Shown: one piece after another, positions 51,805 to 62,559 of the stretch
Layout of the letters: every line of letters begins with the position of its first letter
Position numbering within the stretch: position 1 is the first letter of the stretch
Origin: an uncultured delta proteobacterium
GTDB lineage: Bacteria > Desulfobacterota > BSN033 > UBA1163
NCBI GenBank assembly: GCA_963708295.1
Contig: CAVPSJ010000011.1
Location: 160,001-224,000, forward strand
DNA: 64,000 nt
Direction: 5' to 3'
Notes under the pieces: generated by a model
Told to the model about the DNA's origin: nothing
Databases searched by the model: none
What the model saw: only the letters and a program-made list of their open reading frames with translations
Made by a program: the position numbers and the translations under genes

Positions 51805-53052
51805 CTATGTACTTTGCGCCATCTTCAGTAGGTATTTTCTCAGCATGTCGAGTCCAATGATGGCAGCTCTTTCTCGGACCGTCCAAAGTTCGCCGCCGAT
51901 TGAATGTTCTTGATTCTCAACTCCGGTAGAAGTTGAGAGAGAATAGCAAGTCTCTACCCGGTATTCGCCCTTTTTCTGTTCCTCAGCAATTCCGGCAAAC
52001 GTGGCCAGCCCGAGATCCGTTCCAAGTCCCACTCGGGATTTATCGGCCAATAACCCAACAACTCTCTTAGAATCATCCCTGAGAGAGTTGAACTCTTCCG
52101 CGGATAAATTAAGAAACGCTCTCTTCGAAGTTTCTGAAGATAGAACGCTGCCCTGAACAAAGGACTCAATACCGGTGCTTGCCAATTTCTGAGAGATGAT
52201 TCCTCCGGTGAAGGCTTCAACTACAGATAGCGTAAGATTTAACCTTTCCAATGCCTTGGCAATGTTTCCTTGAAGTGTTTCATCACCCTCTCCGTAAATC
52301 AAGATGCCCAGGCGGCCTCGAATTTCCCGCTCCATTTTTTGGATCAGAGTTGAGGCTTCCTCCGATGTGTCGGCTTTGGCTGTAATTCGAATTCTTATGT
52401 CTCCTATAGAGGCAAGCGTCCCCACCGTCGGATTCTTGCTCTCTCTCATCAGGTCTTTGATCTGCTGACCTACGCCGCTCTCTCCCAAACCACATGCCCT
52501 CAACACCCTATACTGGATCACTTGACGGTGGAGATGAAAGCGCTTTCGAAGAAAAGGGATAACGGTGTTTTCCATCAAGTATTCCATCTCGAACGGGACA
52601 CCGGGAATGGATAAGATGACTCCCCTTGAGGTTTCAACGATAAATCCCGGGGCAGTTCCTTTCGGGTTTTCGATGGGAATGGCGCCTTCGGGAATATAGG
52701 CTTGTTTTCGATTACTCTCCGCCATTTGAAAGCCCCGTCTTTGAAAGAGAGCATTGATCTGCTCCATAAGATGGGGCTGAAAGGTAAGAGGACGCTGGGT
52801 GACTTGGGCCACAGCCTCCCGGGTGAGATCGTCTTCCGTGGGGCCGATGCCGCCGGTCGTGATGACGATCTCGGATCGATGGATGGCAGCGCCGATGGTT
52901 TCTTTCATCCGTTCGAGATCGTCGCCCACGGTGGTCGTATGGATAAGCTCGATGCCGTTTTCTGCAAGGGATCTGGAAATGGAAGCGGAGTTCGTATCAA
53001 TGATCTGGCCCAGAAGGAGCTCTGATCCAATCGCAATCACTTCAGCATTCAT
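51805..53052 (-). CDS. cinA: CinA-family protein (MocF/COG1058 domain plus degenerate PncC domain)
   Basis: IGSELL, DTN, GGIGPTEDD and PGVP motifs; C-terminal EAFTGG. Confidence 0.85.
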   Translation of the reverse strand: MNAEVIAIGSELLLGQIIDTNSASISRSLAENGIELIHTTTVGDDLERMKETIGAAIHRSEIVITTGGIGPTEDDLTREAVAQVTQRPLTFQPHLMEQINALFQRRGFQMAESNRKQAYIPEGAIPIENPKGTAPGFIVETSRGVILSIPGVPFEMEYLMENTVIPFLRKRFHLHRQVIQYRVLRACGLGESGVGQQIKDLMRESKNPTVGTLASIGDIRIRITAKADTSEEASTLIQKMEREIRGRLGILIYGEGDETLQGNIAKALERLNLTLSVVEAFTGGIISQKLASTGIESFVQGSVLSSETSKRAFLNLSAEEFNSLRDDSKRVVGLLADKSRVGLGTDLGLATFAGIAEEQKKGEYRVETCYSLSTSTGVENQEHSIGGELWTVRERAAIIGLDMLRKYLLKMAQST

Positions 53053-53075
53053 CGTTTATCAGAGGAAGAAACAAA

Positions 53076-53119
53076 GCGCCCCTGGCCTGACTCGAACAGG
53101 CGACCTGCGGATTAGGAAT
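53076..53119 (-). tRNA. 3' half of tRNA-Arg(CCT), a displaced fragment marking an att site
   Basis: ATTCCTAATCCGCAGGTC-GCCTG-TTCGAGT-CAGGC-CAGGGGCG gives anticodon loop, T-arm and acceptor strand; no 5' half upstream. Confidence 0.8.
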
Positions 53120-53909
53120 GGGGCTAAAGCAAAAAATAAGGCATTGGGCAATGAAAGTCAAGTATCAGAAAGAATTAAGAATGTCTAAGTTTACTGGAAT
53201 TGACGGGGGATTCTTGACAGACCGAAAAAGGAAAGGGACCTGTCACAGAATCCCCTACATGTGGGAAGGCCGACCAACTGCTTTCAGCCAGGTTACGGGG
53301 GATCCTTCCCACCATTTTTTTGAATGGGGAGAGAGGATCATCCCGGGGAAAGGAGTAATCTGGGAATCAAAAAAACACTGACTACCTCCTCTTGGGAGCG
53401 ACATAGGTATACCGAATCCATCTATGCATACACTTTCAAATTTTTCCTGCCATAAGAGTTTTGCCAAACATTTCTCCTTTGCAGGTTTGCCCAAAATTTT
53501 AGGCTATGGAAATTGGCAGAAAAGTTCTTGAAGGGGAGGTCTACGGCATGATGAGAAGAAGAGTGCAATTAGCAGATAGGGAGTGGAAATGGCTCTGGGA
53601 GTATACCCGGATAGGAAGTAACGCCAGCCAGGCCGCAAGGGTGGCTATAAGGGAACGTACCTTATTTAGTAATGAAGTTGAAAATTACTTCGTGGTCACT
53701 GTTGTGACCTATGTTACCGCCGGTCAACTTAGTATTCCCCACCACACTTCGGATATCTGGCCTACATTGAAGAATAAAATCCCACTTGCTTTTAATCTTG
53801 TTGTCCATTTATTCCTTTCTTCTCTTCATCTCCTGATCTCGCACCACCATTTCTAAAAACTCTTCTTTGCTGAATATCCCTTTTCCGCAAAGAATCTGGT
53901 AAAGATTCT

Positions 53910-54316
53910 TCACTTTGGAATAACACGAAAATCGGTACTTGCCATATTTGTCGGTTGAATCTTCCCGTCTCGAATATAAAGAACATAACCTTTCAAAAGA
54001 CGTGCACGAGGATTTGCAGTGTGAATCTGTACCTTGATCGTTCCTCGTAATCCATAATTTACATCTGTTACCTTAAAACAGTGTGGGCCATCATCTGCGA
54101 AGTAGAAGCAAGCTCCCTTGATTTCCGGTTCACCATCTGCCTCAAAACTGATATTCACAATAAATGGTAAGTGTAACCTGATATTTTCCTTTTCTGGAAC
54201 GAGTATACTTAATAATCTTAGCTCACCGGGAGCAAGGGATTTAGGCACTGTGGCGCATGAAGAAATTTGTAATAAAACCGCTCCCATTATTAAAAAAGCT
54301 ATTGAGATAGACTCAT
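53910..54316 (-). pseudogene. Lipoprotein-like gene with an N-terminal frameshift
   Basis: ISSCAT lipobox-like sequence; the RBS-proximal ATG at 54316 is out of frame with SISIAFLIMG. Confidence 0.5.
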
Positions 54317-54357
54317 AATCGCGTGCTCCCTATATCGTCTCTGTCTTCTCTACCCTC

Positions 54358-54506
54358 ATCTCTTTATCCGCCACCCCACCCATCTTCAAGATGTCCTCTT
54401 TGATCTATATCCCCTTCTCCCTTGTTAGGGCTTCCTGCGAGACTACCTGGAACAGGAGAAGTTCATCATTGAAAACGATTTGTTTAGGATCACGTGCGAT
54501 TGCCAT
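54358..54506 (-). pseudogene. Small hypothetical gene remnant
   Basis: GGGAGGA RBS, MAIARDPKQIVFNDELLLFQVVSQEALTREKGI, then an in-frame TAG. Confidence 0.45.
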
Positions 54507-54532
54507 AAATCCTCCATTGAGTTCATCCTCAA

Positions 54533-55207
54533 TTATGTCTCCAGTGATCCACCTTCATACTTTTTGAGATGAGATACATCATTCACCACTTCTGCCAATA
54601 GCTGTCCCTCTCTCTTGTAAAGAACATTTAAGGCTGCCCCATCCTGCTGAAAGTCCCGGAATCGGTCAAGGGGAAGCCCCAGTGCATAGCAAATTATGGT
54701 GCGGTTTACGAAATTGTGACTGCAGAGTAGCAGCGTGCTTCCAGGGGGATAAGGCTTGGTGATCCTTTCCAATGTATCCATAGCCCTAATCTGAACCTCC
54801 CCTAGACTTTCTCCGCCAGGCATTTTGAGATGAGAGGGCGTGGTCCTCCAGGTTTTATAAAACTCCTGGTGCTGTGAAATCCAATCCCCGGCTTGCATTC
54901 CATCAAGCTCCCCCAGATCCATCTCGATTAAGCCTTGTTCCTCAAAAAAGGGGGGTGATGGGTGGAATGCCTTAATTGATTGTGCTGTTTCCATTGCCCT
55001 GATTAATGGGCTGGAGTAAATGGCTTTCAGGGGTTCATCTTTTAATGCCAAGGCCAATGCTTGAGCCTGGTTCTTACCCTCTTTGTTTAAGGGTATGTCT
55101 ATCCTGCCTTGGAAACGGTGTGTCAGGTTAAAATCGGTTTCGCCATGACGAACGAGGAGGATACGGATTCCTAAAGTCTCGGAATTTTTCTCTGCTTCTT
55201 TTCCCAT
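54533..55207 (-). CDS. Histidine phosphatase (CobC/GpmB-like)
   Basis: RHGET, SSPLIRA, PGGES and CSH motifs. Confidence 0.9.
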   Translation of the reverse strand: MGKEAEKNSETLGIRILLVRHGETDFNLTHRFQGRIDIPLNKEGKNQAQALALALKDEPLKAIYSSPLIRAMETAQSIKAFHPSPPFFEEQGLIEMDLGELDGMQAGDWISQHQEFYKTWRTTPSHLKMPGGESLGEVQIRAMDTLERITKPYPPGSTLLLCSHNFVNRTIICYALGLPLDRFRDFQQDGAALNVLYKREGQLLAEVVNDVSHLKKYEGGSLET

Positions 55208-55681
55208 AAAACCCCTTTATTCCTCATCAAATTCTATTTGCCTCTTCCCATATAAACCTCCGAATGTTTATCATGCTCCTCCCAATTCGTTATAGGCCGT
55301 AATCTCATTTCCAGACCGTTCGCCCCCCAATGGTTAAAGGTCATTGTTAGAGAATCTCAGTTTAGATTGGAGTGTATTAAATTACAGACGGGGTGTCAAT
55401 GAGAATTGGGATGATGAGCCTTAGTTGGATGGCAGAGAGATGAAGATATTTGCAGAGAGCCTAAATTGGGGAGTACAAATCTTGCTCTGGATCAATTCGG
55501 AGGTTCAACGATTACGAGTGGAAATGTACATAAGAAAGGCAGGGCCATCTCTGGTTCCTGACTTTACTGTCCTGCGATCAGGTATTGATTTATTTCTTAG
55601 ACTTCTTTCCAAATCCTGGAAGACCCATAAGGTCTGAATAGATAGCCTATTCTCGGGACATGAGTGAATTGAATTAGCCAA

Positions 55682-55855
55682 TTAGGCCCGTTTTTTCGGC
55701 TTCATCTGCTTTTCACAGCAAACGATATCGCAGGTATCCATACACCCGCAAACTTCATCCACTGTTACGGCAAGTCCACAAACGCCGCATTTGTAAACAT
55801 CGCACTTCTTTACAACCTTTTTCGCAACATTTTTTACTGCCTTCTTTTGAACTAT
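55682..55855 (-). CDS. Small desulforedoxin-like Cys-rich protein (start codon reads ATA)
   Basis: DVYKCGVCG...IVCCEKQM; AGGAGG lies 5 nt before an ATA. Confidence 0.55.
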   Translation of the reverse strand: MVQKKAVKNVAKKVVKKCDVYKCGVCGLAVTVDEVCGCMDTCDIVCCEKQMKPKKRA

Positions 55856-55942
55856 GACTTCCTCCTTTCTCAGTTGAAGAGGTCCTTGGTGGGGCGGGCG
55901 CATTCCCATTTCGTTGACGAGATTTTCCATTACGACCCGCAA

Positions 55943-56645
55943 TCAGATAGGCCATGATGCACGAATGACCGTTCCTTTCCGTTGACGGGTTCAATATCAA
56001 ATGATCCAACTGACAATTCCGCTCGCTCTCTCATGCTACCAAGGCCCAATCCCTTTTTGATACTTTCCATATCAAACCCAATCCCATTATTTTCAATCAC
56101 CAATTCTATCCTATCGTCCGTTTTTCTCGTCAGAGAAATGCTCCCAAGGTTTGCCTTGCCATGTTTGGCAATATTGTTCATGGCCCCTTGCAGGATTCGG
56201 TAAATCACTGCTTTCAGAGGATCAGGCACTTGGGTTTCTTCTATTTCGGTCTGTTTCTCAACACGGATGCCAGGATAAGTCTTCTGGTATTCCCGAACGA
56301 ACCATTCAATGGTGGGCAGCAGACCAAGATCATCCAGAAGGGCAGGTCGCAAATTCATCCCGATTCTTCTAACTTCATCCAAGCTTTGCTGAATCATCGG
56401 CATTATTGCTTCCAATGATTCAAATCCTGTCTTGAGCTTATCGCCTACCCTTTCAAGAGTGCTTCTTACGTTAAATGCGATAGCACTTAAAGATTGTCCG
56501 AGGCCATCGTGGAGTTCACAGGCAATCCTTTTTCTTTCTCCTCAGCAAGGAGAAGCTGGGAAGTAAGATTTGTGACTTGTGACTCCGATTCCTTTAATGC
56601 ATTCTCTGCTTTTTTCAATGCTTCTTCTGCATGCTCACGCCCCAT
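55943..56645 (-). pseudogene. NarX/HisKA_3-type histidine kinase fragment
   Basis: RIACELHDGLGQSL, NNIAKH, NNGIGF and GLGLGSMRER; frameshifts near both ends and no sensor domain. Confidence 0.75.
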
Positions 56646-56777
56646 CCTGTTTTAATCGATTGAAGATTACTGACTGAAAGAGAGGATAACGCTTCGCCTC
56701 ACGTGCGGCGCTCCTGTTGTGATTACTCAAACGGCGTTCATTGCAGATTATCGGCACCCACAACGATCAGGTTTTTG

Positions 56778-57098
56778 TTATTCCCCATATACTTTTATGG
56801 TATACTTTGCATAGATCCCTAAAATATTCATTGCATCGTGATCAATGTGTTGAATTTTGGTAATGTTTCCATTTTTCATGGCCGCACTTATACTGCAATC
56901 CCCCGTGGCAACCAATCCCAGCATCGACGCGCACTCCCCGGTTCCAACCTTTGCAGACCCTGTGTTTGAAGTTGCTGTCACGGGGGCCTTGAGGTCGGTG
57001 TATAAACACCCCTTCACGGGTCCAACAACCGTTGCACATCCCATCAATAATCCTGCCAAAAACATGACAAACAACAAGCAACCTATTATCTTTTTCAC
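56778..57098 (-). CDS. TRL-like family lipoprotein
   Basis: LMGC lipobox, LGLVATGDCSI, GNITKI and ILGIY; AGGAGG RBS. Confidence 0.75.
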   Translation of the reverse strand: MKKIIGCLLFVMFLAGLLMGCATVVGPVKGCLYTDLKAPVTATSNTGSAKVGTGECASMLGLVATGDCSISAAMKNGNITKIQHIDHDAMNILGIYAKYTIKVYGE

Positions 57099-57701
57099 AG
57101 TCTTTTCCCTCCTTTAATTTTTTCCGCTGTGGGTGCCGTCCGAGATTAAAGTGGTCTCTCATTACATTGATGAAGGACATTCCCTCATTATTTTATACTA
57201 CAAAATCTGATCTAAGGGCGAAATACATTGAAGGCCGTATTTCGCCGAGAAAAAATGCTGTATTTCTCAAAAAAATGGGCTTTATCTAGAGGATTTTAAG
57301 GGTCTGTGTATGGCAGAATTTTAAACTTCGCTGTGGAATGCTATTTCATGCGGAAATGATCGGATGATTTCTCTTTGAAGTGTAGTATTAAACGAAGAAA
57401 GCCAGAAATGATGACTAAAGGAAGTACTAAATGAGATTTCCTTTTGGAGATTTTTGGAGCAGGTTGATAGTAAAATTTGGCGACAGCACCTACCTATACG
57501 TAACAAAATGGATTGACCGTTAAGACGGCTAAGGGTCATTATCTATTCTGCTTTTTCTTGAAAAAGAAAAGGAGGAAGAGAGATGACCACAGCAGAGCCG
57601 ATTGTTAAGGAATCAGTCGCAACAGAAAAGAAAGAATTATGAGAGCTGCCTCTTTCATCAACCCTAATCGACGACATTTTATGAGAGACTAATTCAAAGA
57701 A

Positions 57702-57738
57702 GGGCCTCCAAAGGGATACAACAATCCCTTGGAGGCCT
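57702..57738 (-). terminator. Intrinsic terminator
   Basis: GGCCTCCAAGGGA...TCCCTTTGGAGGCC hairpin followed by CTTCTTT on the minus strand. Confidence 0.55.
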
Positions 57739-57838
57739 CACGTGGGCATCTTTTGGGAACTCCTTCTCATACGGCACTCCAGAAAGTTAGAGGTTAGGTT
57801 GTAAGGTTAATTAGGGTCAGGTAGGAAGAAACGATTAG

Positions 57839-57867
57839 AAAATACTCTTAAATACGTTAACTGTCAA
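57839..57867 (-). promoter_or_regulatory. Sigma70-like promoter
   Basis: TTGACA-N17-TATTTT on the minus strand. Confidence 0.55.
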
Positions 57868-58022
57868 GAAAGAATTTGTTCGGAATTTGTTCGGGGAATC
57901 CAACCATCTTGCTAATTTCTCATTGAAATATTGCATGGAAAGGTAGAGATCGAAAAGGAAGATTTCAGGAAGAAAGCGGTGAGTTGAAACTCCATCCACA
58001 GGAGGCTTTGACCCGGTGAGAC

Positions 58023-58088
58023 CCGGCCTATAAAGTGGGAAGGACTTGGAGGATTGCGAAGAAAGATATTGAATGGTTGAGGCGGTAA
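58023..58088 (+). pseudogene. Excisionase-like HTH remnant
   Basis: PAYKVGRTWRIAKKDIEWLRR*, resembling the C-terminal wing of Xis-type HTH proteins. Confidence 0.5.
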
Positions 58089-58097
58089 TTGTGAAGG

Positions 58098-58601
58098 CTA
58101 TCTGCGAATGTTTTGAGAGATATATTGGCGACCAGAGGAAGTAATGCTAAACCGAGGATCCCTTTTACGACCATTAATAGATATAAAGCCTACTCTGGTT
58201 TGTTCTATTAAATTGTTTTCTAAAAGGAAATTGAAATGATACCGGGTGGTGCTGACATCAATAGAAAGTGTATAAGCGACTTCACTGACAGACAGTTCCC
58301 GGCGTCTGTAAAAGAACATTTTCAAAACACTCTCGGTGACTGCATCGAGATGTGTTTTTGCATCATTCTTTTCAAGTTCTTGGATGAATTGATTCAGTCG
58401 TTCTATTTCTTTCCTTGCCTTATTAAGTTGAGATTCTATTGTATTCTTTTTGCTCTTCAAAAAAGTATTGTTCAATTTGATGGCACTGTTCTTTTCCTCA
58501 ATTACGGATATTTGATCCCTAAGGAGGTCAAGCCGTTCTTTAAGAATGGTAGATGATCCATGCTCGTCAATAAGTCCCTCAATGTAAGCTATCGGGTCCA
58601 T
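58098..58601 (-). CDS. Coiled-coil plus winged-helix protein
   Basis: Heptad region, then LSVSEVAYTLSIDVSTTRYHFNFL...FSITSSG; AAGGAG RBS. Confidence 0.7.
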   Translation of the reverse strand: MDPIAYIEGLIDEHGSSTILKERLDLLRDQISVIEEKNSAIKLNNTFLKSKKNTIESQLNKARKEIERLNQFIQELEKNDAKTHLDAVTESVLKMFFYRRRELSVSEVAYTLSIDVSTTRYHFNFLLENNLIEQTRVGFISINGRKRDPRFSITSSGRQYISQNIRR

Positions 58602-58932
58602 TTGCGTACACTCCTTATTTGTTGAACCGAAAATATGAGGAAGATACGGTCAAGGGTTGATTGCCATGCACAAGGTATCAAAAAATTGGGTAGAACACAA
58701 CAAAATTTTTTAAAAATCCATGTCCAATCAAGTCCAATGCTCTTTGACAACTGAATATTGATCTTCTTTTTTGAGGCTTACAACTCATTACTCTGAGATA
58801 ATTCTTGCGAGTAAAGATTACCGGTAGAAATGCGCGAGATTAAATAAAGCAGGATTTTGTTGCAATCCCTCACCTCAACCCGGCCTTGTCGAGGGCTTCA
58901 ATCCCACTTCATCTGTCTCGCCCAACCGCAGA

Positions 58933-59094
58933 CTACCACCATTTACCTTTCATCATACCACGCGCGTCCAAATTGTTGCTGGACCCAACGAATTGCGAGT
59001 TGCCCACATCTTTCCTCGGATCATACGTCGTTGCGCACCCGATGGATATCAACATGAGAATAAAAGCAACTGTAATGTAAATGAACTTTTTCAC
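58933..59094 (-). pseudogene. Short or truncated lipoprotein
   Basis: AAGGAGG plus GTG, SIGC lipobox and an early stop. Confidence 0.4.
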
Positions 59095-59229
59095 CGTTTC
59101 CTCCTTATGATTTGGAGACTGAGAGACGTCATCAAGCGGCCCGATTTTGAAAAGTACACCTCGATGGTAAAAGCCATACTCAGAAACCAAGGATTACGAA
59201 TTGAAAGAGATGATAACAATCTGCGTTTC

Positions 59230-59710
59230 CTATTTTTTCCCTTTTTCTTCAACCATTCTTTTAGATTGTTCAGCAATGACTTCGATATCTGGAGAAATAT
59301 CTGCATCTTCGATAGTGAGCCAATCTATTATTAGCCATTTACTACCGAATTTCCGTAACACAAACGAATTTAATCTTTCTTTGTTGTCGTTATAAATTTA
59401 TTTAACGAATGCGTCCACATCTCCCTCTGGAAGGTGAAAAGTATCCTCCTTCCTGTATTTGCCTTCGCGCATATTGATTATTTCATAAGTCTGCAGGATA
59501 GGACTCACTACGTTGAATCTTTTTTCTGCTAAATCCTCATTCCAGCTTACCACTGTCCTTTTTTTGATATTCGAAATCTGATGTCCTGAAGGCCTCATAA
59601 TAGGTTTTCAGGGCTTTTCCCGGAGTCGACAGCTCTACATCAAAGTCTGTGGAATGCCGGCATGCCAGGCTTATTATAAGTACAATACTCACCAACAAAA
59701 GTCTCTTCAT
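59230..59710 (-). pseudogene. Lipoprotein pseudogene
   Basis: MKRLLLVSIVLIISLAC...YYEAFRTSDFEYQKK, a frameshift in an A-run, and an in-frame TAA at 59398. Confidence 0.55.
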
Positions 59711-59986
59711 TCAAGTATCCTATGGTTCCTATCTCTTGAGGATTTACGGTTGTAATATACACCTTTTAAAGAATTAGGGAACAGAGTGTTACAGGAAGAA
59801 GTCTCCGAAACCAGAGGTCCAAAGAAAAGGCTTGACAAGGTGTTTTTATTTTGACAATTAAAATGTGGGTGAGGGTCCAAGTAGCTATTGTCGGAAATAA
59901 ACCTCAATCAAAAAAGATATATCCGTTGCCAAATTGATTAGACGTGTCCTTGATCAGTGGTTAGAGAAAACAGGGAGGGGGTAAAC

Positions 59987-60217
59987 GTGAGGGATTATCG
60001 AGAAGGAGACATTGAGAGTGTTATCCTGACGGAAGATGACGAAGAGTGGTATTTGCAAGCTGACATTTACATGGTTGAGTCAATCGAAAATCTCTTTAAG
60101 GGGGTCCGTCCGGGTTCGGAAGAGCGCTACCGAATAGAGGATACATTGTCTTTATGGGAGGTCAGGGCCAGGCAAGATTTAATTAACGGACTTCTTTACC
60201 AGGGTCCAGCTAATTGA
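59987..60217 (+). CDS. Hypothetical protein
   Basis: GTG after GGAGG; acidic 76-aa ORF. Confidence 0.45.
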   Translation: MRDYREGDIESVILTEDDEEWYLQADIYMVESIENLFKGVRPGSEERYRIEDTLSLWEVRARQDLINGLLYQGPAN

Positions 60218-60243
60218 GGGCGTTGAAGAGGGAAAGTGAAACC

Positions 60244-61302
60244 ATGAAACAGATTATGTTGGTCTTGTTGGCTATGGTGATTGGGTTGGTAGTATCAAAT
60301 GTCTGTTATGCCCAGTTAGCAAAAGACCCCGTAAGAACATTACAAAGGCTTCAAGCAAGAGTAGAGGCAGGGATTTCCTACCTAGATTATGCTCCTGCCG
60401 TGGGTGATGTAAAGCTTGAAGTAAATTTATTTTTACAAAGTCCAGAAGCCAAAGAAAACACAGAATTGGCATGGTCTGTTAAATTATCGATGTCTGTTTA
60501 TGAGCTTGCCCTTTCTACTTGGCAAATCAGTATTGCTCAGGTACAAACCTACCAGGCTCGTCCTGAAATGATTTTAAAAAGTAGCGTCGAATCCTTGGGT
60601 AGTTCGCATCCCGAAGTGGCAGATGCAATATCGGCATGGAATGGAATTTCTGAAACGGCCAGAAGAAATAACCAAATTCCAGTTGAATACATTATTAGTG
60701 GTTTATGGAGAGAAGCTGGAAAAGAGTTACAAAAGGCAATTACTTTACTTTCAGAAGGCGTTTACAACAGCCAACAAAAAGCACCACAATTAAAGGCTGT
60801 AGAATCCCTACCACCTGAAACAGCAAAACCGGAAAAACCAATAGCATCAACCTCAACTATTCCTCCTTCAAGTACAACAACTGTTGTTACTGTCACTTGG
60901 ACTTCTGCAGATATTCGCTCAGGCGCAGGGAATGAATTTCCTATCGTGATGACAGTGGATAAAGGAGATAAGTTAACCGTAATTGGAGAACGTGGAGAGT
61001 GGTTTAATGTTCGGTTGGAAGATGGAAAAGAAGGATGGATTAACAGTGAAGCTGTTAAGAGCCAAGAATATGCACCTGAGAAACCTATAACGTCAGCCCC
61101 AACTACTTTTTCTTCAGGGACAAGGAAAATTCTTACTTGGGACTTCTCAGTTGTTAAATCTGGCCCCGGAAATGATTATCCAGTAATAGCTACTTTCCGA
61201 AAAGGTGATAAGCTAACTATTTTGGGGCAATCTGGGGAATGGGTTAGGGTGCGGTCAGACAATAACCAAGAAGGATGGATCAGCAGTAAAGTTTTAGAAT
61301 AG
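60244..61302 (+). CDS. Exported protein with two C-terminal bacterial SH3 domains
   Basis: Signal peptide; repeated IRSGAG...GEW...EGWI and VKSGPG...GEW...EGWI. Confidence 0.85.
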   Translation: MKQIMLVLLAMVIGLVVSNVCYAQLAKDPVRTLQRLQARVEAGISYLDYAPAVGDVKLEVNLFLQSPEAKENTELAWSVKLSMSVYELALSTWQISIAQVQTYQARPEMILKSSVESLGSSHPEVADAISAWNGISETARRNNQIPVEYIISGLWREAGKELQKAITLLSEGVYNSQQKAPQLKAVESLPPETAKPEKPIASTSTIPPSSTTTVVTVTWTSADIRSGAGNEFPIVMTVDKGDKLTVIGERGEWFNVRLEDGKEGWINSEAVKSQEYAPEKPITSAPTTFSSGTRKILTWDFSVVKSGPGNDYPVIATFRKGDKLTILGQSGEWVRVRSDNNQEGWISSKVLE

Positions 61303-61333
61303 AGTTGCGCTTCTCCAAAAAGGGGGTGAGCAA

Positions 61334-61792
61334 ATGAAATCATTATTGGGTAAATTGGGAGTCATCCTTATCGGGCTTGCTATCTTTACCTATGGTGAAG
61401 TGTGGGGAGCAGATTCAATTAAAGAAGAACATAAGTTACAAGAACGGTGCGGTAAGGATGCAGAGAATTATTTTAGAAGATTTTACGGCACTGGCTATTA
61501 TAAGAGTTATGAAGGTACTAGCCTTTTTCATTACGCAACCCATTATAATAGAAAATTGAATAAGTGTTTTGTTCTGTTAATGGGAGAACTTATCCCACGC
61601 AATACGGAAGAGATGGAAAAGAACGGTGTTACAACTGACAAAGAATTGTGGGATATCAACGATCATATGTTGTATGGATGGTTCTTCAAATTCTATGAGT
61701 CCAAGAAGCCTGTCAGGTGCGGAGTTTTAGGAAAGGATTGTCATTCCGAAAGTGAATGGGATTCTCTTGTAAAACCATACATGGAAGAGTAA
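61334..61792 (+). CDS. Exported hypothetical protein
   Basis: Signal peptide ending VWGA; four Cys residues. Confidence 0.7.
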   Translation: MKSLLGKLGVILIGLAIFTYGEVWGADSIKEEHKLQERCGKDAENYFRRFYGTGYYKSYEGTSLFHYATHYNRKLNKCFVLLMGELIPRNTEEMEKNGVTTDKELWDINDHMLYGWFFKFYESKKPVRCGVLGKDCHSESEWDSLVKPYMEE

Positions 61793-61957
61793 AGGAAATG
61801 AGATGGTTAGGAGCGTTGTGAAAGAAGGTAAACCCGATTAACCTTAACCGGCCAATCGCCAGAGAGAAGGGAACTTATTGATTCATGGTTCATGGTTTGG
61901 GACTGGCAGGAGTGAGAAGTCTTGTCCTGAGTAACGTGGTGGTAAGAACGAGAGGGG

Positions 61958-62206
61958 ATGAGGAGGATGGTAGGGATAGAAAAGAACGCCTTTGGATTCG
62001 TAACTATAGAACGAAAAAAGAAATCTGAAAGAATAAAAAAAGGTTATCACTTTTACTACTACCACATGAGCTGTCATAAAAATGAGAGGATTGACAGTGT
62101 ATTTACGAAAGTATGGTTGACGTACAGAAAAAAACTTATGGATGAGAAGGGTAGAGATCCGAGGTTATTCTGTTCTCGGTGCGGAGAGGAAATCAAAATC
62201 GAATGA
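61958..62206 (+). CDS. Small hypothetical protein (C-terminal CxxC)
   Basis: RBS-like GAGG; CSRCG motif. Confidence 0.45.
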   Translation: MRRMVGIEKNAFGFVTIERKKKSERIKKGYHFYYYHMSCHKNERIDSVFTKVWLTYRKKLMDEKGRDPRLFCSRCGEEIKIE

Positions 62207-62559
62207 CGAGAGGGAGTGGGTTGAATGGGAAGCATTAGCGATGAATACATTAAGGGCTACTGGAAAGGTAAGTGTTAAGGTGATTCTTGAGTGGGTTAGG
62301 ATTCTCTTTTGCTATATGCTTTTTCCAGAACGAAAACGTTGGTCAGGCTTAAGTGACTTTCATCTTCTGATTCAAGAACAACCGTTGCACGATCAGTCCA
62401 CTTTACCCTGCAAATCTGTCCATCTGATTGGCGGATATAGATATCTCCTACTTTCATGATACATTTACCTTAAATATATTTTCACATATATCTGTCAGGA
62501 AATCAAACCGAAGGGAAGTGATCCTGATTACCATTAACCGGAAGAAAGGAGATGAGAGG

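Noticed and set aside
53120-53900. Several 64-116 aa ORFs next to the att site
   Set aside because: No RBS or motif support and they overlap in conflicting frames; probably non-coding island sequence
57872-57893. GAATTTGTTCG tandem repeat as a CRISPR or iteron
   Set aside because: Only two adjacent 11-bp copies, with no spacers and no cas or rep genes
58840-58935. Stop-codon readthrough of the short lipoprotein ORF
   Set aside because: Mixed TAG and TGA stops with no redox motif or hairpin; looks like decay
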